Assembly: GCA_049976505.1 (NCBI GenBank)
Contig: JBMFIC010000005.1
Coordinates: 3,315 to 67,314 of the forward strand
From: Nitrososphaeria archaeon
GTDB taxonomy: Archaea > Thermoproteota > Nitrososphaeria > Conexivisphaerales > UBA164
Reading direction: 5' to 3'
Length of the DNA stretch: 64,000 nt
How positions within the stretch are numbered: the first letter of the stretch is position 1; each line of letters begins with the position of its first letter. This document shows positions 46,565 to 54,112 of this stretch, in pieces. Both the position numbers and the translations under genes were made by a program. The notes below the pieces were generated by a model. That model was not told the DNA's origin and made no database searches. It saw nothing but the letters and a program-made list of their open reading frames with translations.

Positions 46565-46790
46565 TTCTCTCAGCCCTTTCGAGTATCTCAAGAACCCTCC
46601 TGTCCACCTCCTCGTCAAATGGGGAGTATGAGACCCTCTGATAGAGCTCCTTCACCTCCCTGACCTTCATTCCCTTCTCAGCTCCCCACCTGATGAGCTG
46701 AACAGCTATCCTCTCCTCGTACTGAAGATCGGAAAGCTGAACGTCCTTTCTCTCCTTTATAAGGCCCCTGAGCGCCTCGTCGTCAAGCAT
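46548..46790 (-). CDS. Hypothetical 80-aa protein
   Basis: ATG start ~25 nt after the TATA-like gcttttatttac. Host codon bias. Translationally overlaps the MoaD-like gene. Confidence 0.5.
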   Translation of the reverse strand: MLDDEALRGLIKERKDVQLSDLQYEERIAVQLIRWGAEKGMKVREVKELYQRVSYSPFDEEVDRRVLEILERAERIESEG

Positions 46791-46834
46791 GACACTTATG
46801 TGGCTCGTGTAAATAAAAGCTCTTTGAGCGTTTT

Positions 46835-47611
46835 CTATGCGTTTACACGCCTGAGCCTGAGCTGCAGGCCCCTGTGAAGGCCGAGGATGGCCTCAAGCCC
46901 TGACGTGTGTCCCCTCCCTGCAATCCTTTCCAGCACATCCGACAGCGGCGATGAGCTGTTGATCCTTCTTATGAGCTCCGAAAAGTCCTCCGAGAGCTCC
47001 CCGGAAGCCGCACACCTGAGGAACTCTGCGCTCACGGCGTTGGTCCTTCCTGCAGATGAAAGCGCTACGCCTGAAAGATCCCTGAACAGGTCGGTGCCCT
47101 TCAGGGCTGCTAGCACGCCAACGAGGAAGTCGTCGCCAGAAGGGGTCATGCCTATTCCGAGCCCAACAAGCCCGGAAAGCTCGGACGGATCCGCTTCTGA
47201 GAGATCCAGCTCAAGAAGCTTCCTGCAGACCTCCCGTGCATGGGCAGGATAGATTTCGCAGCTGTACCTGCTCTCAAGAAAGGCCCTGAGCTCCTCCATG
47301 ACCAGATCGGATGGCGTCCTAACGTACACGTCCCTGGTCGTGAATATCTCAGAGCCCTCGAGGTCAAGAGGAGGAAGGCCTGGCAGCATGAGCCTGCTCC
47401 CGTCGAAGACGGCCTCAGGGGGCCTGATCCTTAAGAGATCCTCAAACCCCTCAACCGAAACGGCAGAGGGCTCCATTGGTGCCCCGGCGGGAATTATGAA
47501 GAGGGCGCCACGTTCAGACGCGTAGTCAAGGGCCCTGCTCCCGGCATAAACAAGCCTGCCCCTGAAGGGCCTAAGGCATATGGACCTCCTTGAAGCCCGA
47601 GGCCCGGCCAT
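46835..47611 (-). CDS. DUF2877 (YlbF/AllH-like) protein
   Basis: GLGIGMTPSGDDFLVGVLAAL hallmark. 258 aa. Begins 4 nt after the HPS-like stop. Confidence 0.65.
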   Translation of the reverse strand: MAGPRASRRSICLRPFRGRLVYAGSRALDYASERGALFIIPAGAPMEPSAVSVEGFEDLLRIRPPEAVFDGSRLMLPGLPPLDLEGSEIFTTRDVYVRTPSDLVMEELRAFLESRYSCEIYPAHAREVCRKLLELDLSEADPSELSGLVGLGIGMTPSGDDFLVGVLAALKGTDLFRDLSGVALSSAGRTNAVSAEFLRCAASGELSEDFSELIRRINSSSPLSDVLERIAGRGHTSGLEAILGLHRGLQLRLRRVNA

Positions 47612-47615
47612 TATC

Positions 47616-48290
47616 TCAGAGCTCCTGGATGGCGCTGAGGACCTCCGATATCCTCCTCTCGTACTCGGGCGAGCCGGTTATGTAGCCTCCCACAACAAAC
47701 AGGTTCACGCCAGTGCTGCTGAAAGCCCTTATCCTCTCTGGGTTCAGGCCCCCCGCAACCGAGATGATCGCATCTCCCCCCAAGGACCTTATCCGATCCA
47801 CCAGGGACTCGGCCCCGAGCCCGGCCCTCCTCTGAACGTCTATTGGAACGTGAAAGGAGAACGCCCTCGCCCCGAGCTGCCTGAGCCTGCCATACCTTCT
47901 GATCGGGTCCTCAACGTTTACTAGATCCACTACAAGAAGGACCCCATAGCTCTCGGAGGCCCTGAGGGCGCTCTCAACGGTTTCGTCTGAAGAACATCCC
48001 AGAACGGTTACCATATCGGCCCCTGCCTCGGCCGCTATCTTCACCTCGAGATCTCCAACGTCGGCTGCCTTCATGTCGGCCAGCACGTATGATCTCCCTG
48101 CTGCGCTCCTGATGGCCCTGATCGCCCCGGCCCCGTGCCTCTTTATCATGGGGGTTCCTACCTCGATGACCCTTGCCCCAAGGCGATCCGCCGCCTCGGC
48201 TATTCTTAGGGCTAGGTCAAGGTCGAGCAGGTCGAGCGCCACCTGAAGTCCCCTTCCAGATCTTAGATCATCGAACAGCATGCGTGACAT
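47616..48290 (-). CDS. 3-Hexulose-6-phosphate synthase / KGPDC-family (OMP-decarboxylase fold) protein
   Basis: LQVALDLLDLDLALRIA..IEVGTPMIKRHG..ADMKAADVG..VAGGLNPERI. Confidence 0.7.
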   Translation of the reverse strand: MSRMLFDDLRSGRGLQVALDLLDLDLALRIAEAADRLGARVIEVGTPMIKRHGAGAIRAIRSAAGRSYVLADMKAADVGDLEVKIAAEAGADMVTVLGCSSDETVESALRASESYGVLLVVDLVNVEDPIRRYGRLRQLGARAFSFHVPIDVQRRAGLGAESLVDRIRSLGGDAIISVAGGLNPERIRAFSSTGVNLFVVGGYITGSPEYERRISEVLSAIQEL

Positions 48291-48464
48291 CTAAACAGCA
48301 TTTGACTTTTCCTCTTTTAAGCGTATTTATATATGGGCTTCGGAGCGTTTACAATTAGCTAAAGCCTCGCCTTTTCAGGGCGGGGAGGAGGTCATAGGAG
48401 CAGCAGGAGAGCATCCCGTCAAATGGCGCGCTTATCAAGGCGAAGCACGGAGATGGCCTGAAAA

Positions 48465-48472
48465 GTATTTAT
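48465..48472 (+). promoter_or_regulatory. TATA-like box of the fdrA-like operon
   Basis: aaaaGTATTTAT lies ~30 nt upstream of ATG 48501. Confidence 0.35.
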
Positions 48473-48500
48473 GCGATCTGTAACAGATCATATAACTATA

Positions 48501-50021
48501 ATGCCGAAGCTCACCCTTGTTATGAGGAACGAGTACAGGGACTCCGTCTTTCTCATGAGAATAAACGATGCGGTGGAGAAGCTCGACGGCGTGAGAAGGG
48601 CTGCCGTGATGATGGGAACGGATGCCAACAAGGACCTGATGAAGGAGGCTGGTCTTTTTACAGAGGAGGCTGCCAGCGCCGGCCCAAACGACCTGGTGAT
48701 AGTCGTTGAAGGGGACGACGAGGAGGCCCTGAGGAAGGCCCTCGAAAGGGCAAGGAGCATGGTCTACGAAACGGCAAAGGAGGAGAAGAAGGAGGAGCAG
48801 AGCTACCTCAGCATAAGGAGCGCCGTTTCCTTTGAGCCCGACATAGACCTTGTGCTCATATCGACGCCCGGCGAATACGCCTACAGAGAGGCCATGAGGG
48901 CTCTCCTGCTGGGAAAGCACGTAATGGTCTTCAGCAGCAACGTCCCCGTTGAAAAGGAGAAGGCACTTAAGGAGCTCGCAAACAGGAAGGGGCTGCTCGT
49001 CATGGGCCCCGACGCCGGAACGGCCATAATAGGAGGCACTGGCCTTGGGTTCTTCAACGTCGTCAGCGAGGGGCCGGTCGGCATAGTTGGAGCTGCTGGC
49101 ACAGGCATACAGGTCGTCAGCTCCCTCCTCGATCACGCGGGCTCAGGGATAACCGCTGCAATAGGAACGGGCTCGAACGACGTGAAGGACTACATAGGAG
49201 GCATAACGCTCAAATCTGGGATAAGGCTCCTGTCATCTCACTCCAGAACGAAGGTCATAACTGTTGTATCCAAGCCCCCCTCAGAGAGGATCGTGAAGGA
49301 GGCAGTTGAGGAGATAGGGAGGGGCGGAAAGCCGGCAGTCCTGAACTTCATAGGGTACGAGGGAGGCCATGGGGACGGGCAGATCTCATTCGCCTCAACG
49401 CTCGAGGAAGCCGCAAGGATGTCGTACGAGCTCGAGAGGGGCAGGGGCTTCAGCCTGCCTTCATGGACGCCCGACGAGGAGGTGAGGAGGGCAAAGGAGA
49501 TGCTGAGGCCTGAGCAGACGTACATAAGGGGCCTCTTCTCTGGCGGGACCATATGCTATGAGGCCCAGCACATAATGAGGAAGAAGGGCATAAAGGTGTA
49601 CTCCAACTCGCCGCTCGAGAAGTCCCTCGAGATAGGCGGCTTCGAAAGGTCGATAAAGGACACGATGATAGACATGGGAGCCGAGGAGTTCGTTAGAGGG
49701 GTTCCCCACCCGATGATAGACTTCAGGTTCAGGAAGGAGAGGCTGCTCAGGGAGGCGGAGGACAGGGAGGTTGCTGTGATCCTCTTCGACATAGTCCTGG
49801 GCTACGGGTCTAACATGAACCCAGCTGGCGAAATATCGGAGGCGATAAGGAAGGCAAGGGAGATCAACGACAGGCTTGCCTTCGTGGCCTCGGTGATAGG
49901 GACAAGGAAGGACCCTCAGGGCCTGGAGTCACAGGTAATGCAGCTGAGAAACCTGGGGGTGCTGGTTTACCCATCGAGCACCAGGGCGGCCGAGGTCGCG
50001 TTTCAGATAGCAAGGGGGTGA
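48501..50021 (+). CDS. FdrA-family protein (succinyl-CoA-synthetase-alpha/CoA-ligase-like; AllF-like)
   Basis: MPKLTLVMRNEYRDSVFLMRINDAVEKLDGVRRAAVMMGTDANKDLM parallels the E. coli FdrA N-terminus. CoA-binding and ligase-like middle (LISTPGEYA..GPDAGTAII). Confidence 0.7.
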   Translation: MPKLTLVMRNEYRDSVFLMRINDAVEKLDGVRRAAVMMGTDANKDLMKEAGLFTEEAASAGPNDLVIVVEGDDEEALRKALERARSMVYETAKEEKKEEQSYLSIRSAVSFEPDIDLVLISTPGEYAYREAMRALLLGKHVMVFSSNVPVEKEKALKELANRKGLLVMGPDAGTAIIGGTGLGFFNVVSEGPVGIVGAAGTGIQVVSSLLDHAGSGITAAIGTGSNDVKDYIGGITLKSGIRLLSSHSRTKVITVVSKPPSERIVKEAVEEIGRGGKPAVLNFIGYEGGHGDGQISFASTLEEAARMSYELERGRGFSLPSWTPDEEVRRAKEMLRPEQTYIRGLFSGGTICYEAQHIMRKKGIKVYSNSPLEKSLEIGGFERSIKDTMIDMGAEEFVRGVPHPMIDFRFRKERLLREAEDREVAVILFDIVLGYGSNMNPAGEISEAIRKAREINDRLAFVASVIGTRKDPQGLESQVMQLRNLGVLVYPSSTRAAEVAFQIARG

Positions 50022-51433
50022 AGGAGATGTCGGAGGTTCTGGACAGGAGGATAAAGGTGCTCAGCGTGGGTCTGGAGAGCTTCTACCAGGACCTGGTTAG
50101 CCAGGGAGCAAGGGCTGTTAAGGTGGACTGGAGGCCTCCGGGAGGCGGAGTTCCAAGGCTGCTCAGGGTCCTCGAGGCCCTTGAAACCGAGGAGGTCGAG
50201 GAGGCTAACAGGAAGGCCGTCGAGGCGTTCACCAGGGCCGATCCGGTGCTGGTTGACGTAAAGCTCGCTAAGGACGTGATGCCGGAGCTCAGCGGAAGCA
50301 CTCTGGGGCACGCTGGCCCGCCGATCGAGTGGTCAAGGATGTCGGGGCCGCTGAAGGGGGCCGTAATAGGGGCGGCGATATACGAGGGGCTGGCGAACGA
50401 CGAGGGAGAGGCCACGGAGCTTGCTGAGAGGGGCGAGATAAGGTTCGTTCCAAACCACGACATGTCAGCTGTAGGGCCCATGGCCGGCGTCATATCGCCT
50501 AACATGCCGGTTTTCGTGGTAAAGAACGCGGCCGGCAGCAACTACGCCTACACGAACTTCAACGAGGGCGTTGGGAAGGTCCTGAGGTACGGGGCATACT
50601 CGCAGGAGGTCATACAGAGGCTGAGGTGGATGAGGGACGTCCTCTATCCGCTCCTGAAGGAGGCAGTTGATGCTCATGGGCCCGTGCCTCTGAGGCCTAT
50701 AATGTCGCAGGCCCTGCAGATGGGGGACGAGCTGCACACGAGAAACAACGCCAGCACCCTTCTGTTCCTGGGCGAGATCGGGCCTTACATGGAGGGCAGG
50801 GGGCTCAGCAGGAGCGAGGTCTTGAAGGCCTACGAGTTCATAGCCAAGAACCAGCTATTCTTCCTGAACCTGGCAATGGCGGCCGGGAAGGTGATGATGG
50901 ACGCGGCATCCAACATAAGGAACAGCACCCTGGTTACGGTGATGTCAAGGAACGGGACGGACTTCGGGATAAAGGTCTCGGGCCTTGGGAAGGAGTGGTT
51001 CACGGCCCCTGCGCCGGTTCCGAAGACCCTGTTCTTCCCTGGCTTCAGGGAGGGCGACGCCAACCCGGACATTGGGGACAGCGCTATAATGGAGACGAAC
51101 GGCTTTGGGGCCTTCGCCTCTGCGGCTTCGCCTGCGGTGGCCCAGGTAGTTGGATCTTCAGTCAGCGAGGCGGTCAGGATAACCAAGCTCATGTACGAGA
51201 TAACCATGATAAGGGACAAGAGCTTCCCGATACCCTACATGAACTTTGACGGGATTCCGAGGGGAATAGACCTGCGCCTCGTGCTGGACACCAGCATCGC
51301 TCCGTACATAAACACAGGAGTTGCTCACAGGCTTCCGGGAGTAGGAACGGTTGGATTCGGGATAGTTCAGGCTCCCATGGCCTGCTTCACCAGGGCCATA
51401 GAGAGGTTCGGGGAGGTAGTTGGAGCGCTATAA
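50018..51433 (+). CDS. DUF1116 (YlbE/AllG-like) protein
   Basis: 471 aa. 4-nt overlap with the fdrA-like gene. Assignment rests on conserved fdrA-ylbE pairing and general resemblance; not motif-verified. Confidence 0.5.
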   Translation: MKEMSEVLDRRIKVLSVGLESFYQDLVSQGARAVKVDWRPPGGGVPRLLRVLEALETEEVEEANRKAVEAFTRADPVLVDVKLAKDVMPELSGSTLGHAGPPIEWSRMSGPLKGAVIGAAIYEGLANDEGEATELAERGEIRFVPNHDMSAVGPMAGVISPNMPVFVVKNAAGSNYAYTNFNEGVGKVLRYGAYSQEVIQRLRWMRDVLYPLLKEAVDAHGPVPLRPIMSQALQMGDELHTRNNASTLLFLGEIGPYMEGRGLSRSEVLKAYEFIAKNQLFFLNLAMAAGKVMMDAASNIRNSTLVTVMSRNGTDFGIKVSGLGKEWFTAPAPVPKTLFFPGFREGDANPDIGDSAIMETNGFGAFASAASPAVAQVVGSSVSEAVRITKLMYEITMIRDKSFPIPYMNFDGIPRGIDLRLVLDTSIAPYINTGVAHRLPGVGTVGFGIVQAPMACFTRAIERFGEVVGAL

Positions 51434-51434
51434 G

Positions 51435-51776
51435 ATGTCCATACTCGTGAGGACCGACATCAAGATGAGCAGGGGGAAGGCAGTTGCCCAGGGGGCCCAC
51501 GCTGCGGTTGGAGCGGTCCTCATCTGCATGAGGCGATGTCCTGAAGCGCTTCAGATCTGGCTGGACCAGGGGGCCGCCAAGATAGCCCTCAGGGTCGGGT
51601 CTGAGGAGGAGATGCTCGGCCTCGTCTCAAGGGCGCAGCAGCTAGGACTTGTAACCTACGTCGTTGAGGACATGGGGCTTACGGAGGTCCCTCCGGGAAC
51701 CAGGACCTGCGCTGCGATAGGCCCGGGTCCCGAGAGCCTTGTTGATCAGGTAACCGGGAGCCTAAGGCTTCTATGA
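51435..51776 (+). CDS. pth2: Peptidyl-tRNA hydrolase, archaeal type (Pth2)
   Basis: MSILVRTDIKMSRGKAVAQGAHAAV..; 113 aa from ATG 51435. Confidence 0.88.
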   Translation: MSILVRTDIKMSRGKAVAQGAHAAVGAVLICMRRCPEALQIWLDQGAAKIALRVGSEEEMLGLVSRAQQLGLVTYVVEDMGLTEVPPGTRTCAAIGPGPESLVDQVTGSLRLL

Positions 51777-52762
51777 TACCCGGGGTAACCGCGGGGCCCC
51801 TGAACGATCTGAGGATAAGGGGCAGGATAAAGAGCGTGCCGGAGGACTTCGTGGTTGCCGAGGTCCTCAGGAAGGGAATCGAGATAGACGGCGGGAGGCA
51901 CATCCTGGCGGCGGCGGAGAAGAGGGGGCTGGAGCACAAGGCCCTGGTTCAGGCCTTCGGGAGGGAGGCTAACTTCCTCGGGATAAAGGACAAGGAGGCC
52001 CTCGCCTACTTCTTCATCTCATTCAAGAGGGTCAGGGTTAGGCTGCCTGAGGTGCCGGGGCTAAGGATCAGGATAGTGGGAAGGACGAGGAGGCTGCTCA
52101 CGAGGAAGGACCTGCTTGGCAACGCCTTCAGGATAACCATAAGGGACTGCGATTGCAGGGAGGAAGCCTTCAGGGCGTGGAGCGAGCTGCTGAGCGGATG
52201 GCGGGCCCCAAACTTCTACGGGCCCCAGAGGTTCGCCAGGTCAAACCACCTTATAGGACAGGCGATAGTAAGGAGGGACTTCAGCGCTGCTGACGAGCTG
52301 CTCAGAAAGGAGGGATACGATGGGCTAAAGGGGACGCCCCTCTGGCTCAGGAGGTTCTACGTTCAGGCGTACCAGTCGTACCTGTTCAACCTCGAGCTCT
52401 CCAAGGTGATATCTGGGGAGATAAGAGGGCCAGTAAGGAGCGCGGAGGTGAGCGAGGACTTCTTCAGGGGGAAGGTCGAGATAGCGTACCTGCCTGGATA
52501 CGGCTTCAGGAACAAGGGCGATGCCTACTCGAGGGCGCTGATAGAGGTGGCCAGGCAGGAGGGAATAAAGTTCAGGCACTTCTACGTGGATGAGATGAAG
52601 GAGGTCAGCCAGGAAGGTGGCATAAGGCCGGCAAGGATCATGTCCCATAAGGTCTCATATTCGATTGCTGGAGAGGATCAGGCGGTGGTGAGGTTCGTGC
52701 TCTACAGGGGAAGCTACGCGACAAGCGCTCTCAGGGAGCTCCTTCTTGAGGAGCCCCTGTAG
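51773..52762 (+). CDS. truD: tRNA pseudouridine synthase D (TruD/Pus7 family)
   Basis: PEDFVVAEV, GIKDKEALAYF (catalytic Asp), NFYGPQRFA motifs. ATGA overlap with pth2. Confidence 0.8.
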   Translation: MIPGVTAGPLNDLRIRGRIKSVPEDFVVAEVLRKGIEIDGGRHILAAAEKRGLEHKALVQAFGREANFLGIKDKEALAYFFISFKRVRVRLPEVPGLRIRIVGRTRRLLTRKDLLGNAFRITIRDCDCREEAFRAWSELLSGWRAPNFYGPQRFARSNHLIGQAIVRRDFSAADELLRKEGYDGLKGTPLWLRRFYVQAYQSYLFNLELSKVISGEIRGPVRSAEVSEDFFRGKVEIAYLPGYGFRNKGDAYSRALIEVARQEGIKFRHFYVDEMKEVSQEGGIRPARIMSHKVSYSIAGEDQAVVRFVLYRGSYATSALRELLLEEPL

Positions 52763-53348
52763 TCTCCTTCTCTATGAAGACGTTTATCCCCCTTATGTAG
52801 AACCTCGCGCTCCACCCAGCAGCATAAAGCCTGCCGGAGTCCTCAGAAATCCTCTCGGCCCTAATCCTCAGATGGACGTATGGATCGGTGTACATGTAAC
52901 CGAGGGGCTTGCCCTTCATGCTGACTATTGGGTTGGTTACAAGCACCGTGTTCCCCTTCAGCGAGTAGAGCGACAGCATCCTCGAGATCATGGAAAGCTC
53001 GTGCGCTACCTGCAGCTCGAAGAACGGGAGGGACATGCCGTCCCACACGACCGTCCTGTACCTCTTCACCGAGAGCATCCTTGAGAGCTTCTCAAAGAGG
53101 AAGTACGGATCAGAGGCGCTAAGCACGTCTATCCTGCCCATCACATCGACCCTTACCCCGTAGCGCTCAATGAGCAGCTCTGGCCTGAAGGCCCTCCTGC
53201 TGTCGACGTAAAGGACAACCTCGCCGGACGAGGCCCTTTCAACAGCAAGGGATGTCGCTATGACCTCCTTGCCCGAACGCGCATCTCCGAATATCTCGGC
53301 GAAGCACCCGTCGCACTCGCTTCTCAGGAACTCCTCGGCGCTCTGCAT
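52731..53348 (-). CDS. RadB-like RecA-superfamily protein with degenerate Walker A (GDARSGKE)
   Basis: IFGDARSGKEVIATSLAV..VVLYVDSRRAFRPELL..TVVWDGM parallels RadA/RadB blocks (GxxGxGKT, vYIDTEgtFrpeR, vvDS), but Glu replaces Thr/Ser after GK. Confidence 0.55.
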   Translation of the reverse strand: MQSAEEFLRSECDGCFAEIFGDARSGKEVIATSLAVERASSGEVVLYVDSRRAFRPELLIERYGVRVDVMGRIDVLSASDPYFLFEKLSRMLSVKRYRTVVWDGMSLPFFELQVAHELSMISRMLSLYSLKGNTVLVTNPIVSMKGKPLGYMYTDPYVHLRIRAERISEDSGRLYAAGWSARFYIRGINVFIEKETTGAPQEGAP

Positions 53349-53350
53349 TT

Positions 53351-53665
53351 CTATCTCTCTGCGGTTGCCCTCCTGAACGTTATCGTTCCCCTCTCAAAGG
53401 TGACCTCGTAGACGTCGTTGACCTCCAGCTGAAGCCCAAGCTGAAGGTACTCGTTTTCCCTGAGGAAGAGCACCAGCTTTGGGGGCCACAGGTCCCTTAT
53501 GCTCTGAACCGGGAATATGGACTGAAGCTGAGCTATGAAGGCCCTCATGCTTTCATCTCCAGGGAAGCTCACCGATGAGTACTCCGTGAACTCGATGAGC
53601 CTCCCCGGCGTCCCTGTAACCGGATCTGTCATGCCGGTAATTCTTGATACCTTAACCAGCACCAT
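53351..53665 (-). CDS. Hypothetical 104-aa protein, upstream partner of the RadB-like gene
   Basis: ATG preceded by SD GGAGGAGG and the TATA-like cttttatacc. Its stop lies 2 nt before the RadB-like ATG. Confidence 0.55.
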   Translation of the reverse strand: MVLVKVSRITGMTDPVTGTPGRLIEFTEYSSVSFPGDESMRAFIAQLQSIFPVQSIRDLWPPKLVLFLRENEYLQLGLQLEVNDVYEVTFERGTITFRRATAER

Positions 53666-53709
53666 ACCTAGATCTAGCCTCCTCCGGTATAAAAGCTAAA
53701 GCGGCAGGC

Positions 53710-53988
53710 CTAGGCCGTCTCCTTAATGGTCTCCAGAAGGGACATCATGTTCCATATGAGGACCCTTATGTGCGATGGTATGTTCGGGTCCTGCGAGATC
53801 TCCTCAAGAACGCTTATCGTGTTCGCTGCCCTTATTGCCGGGCTTATTGTCTTGTCCTGAAGCTGGTCCAGCGTCTCCTTCAGCATGTTCCTGAGGTTTC
53901 TCGGTATTCCCTTGTTTGTCAGCAACGGCGTTAGCTGCTGTAGAACCTGCTCTATCTTCTTTTCATCCTCAGCCCTAGAAGCGGACAT
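53710..53988 (-). CDS. UPF0147-family protein
   Basis: IPRNLRNMLKE..SPAIRAANTISVLEEISQDPNIPSHIRVLIWNMMSLLE. Start trimmed to ATG 53988 (92 aa). Confidence 0.7.
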   Translation of the reverse strand: MSASRAEDEKKIEQVLQQLTPLLTNKGIPRNLRNMLKETLDQLQDKTISPAIRAANTISVLEEISQDPNIPSHIRVLIWNMMSLLETIKETA

Positions 53989-54112
53989 ATTTTTTGTTTT
54001 TATATGGCTTAATATATTAATATTATGATCATCTTGGGCTGCAGGCGCTGCGAGCTTGAGCATCTCAGGACATCGCGAACGCTTTAATACGAGGTTTGAT
54101 ATATCTAAGGCC

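Noticed and set aside
48435-49136. 233-aa minus-strand ORF spanning the fdrA-like 5' region and its promoter.
   Set aside because: It is antisense to a gene with strong family signatures, has odd composition, and its 3' end runs through the TATA box/spacer. It is a shadow ORF.
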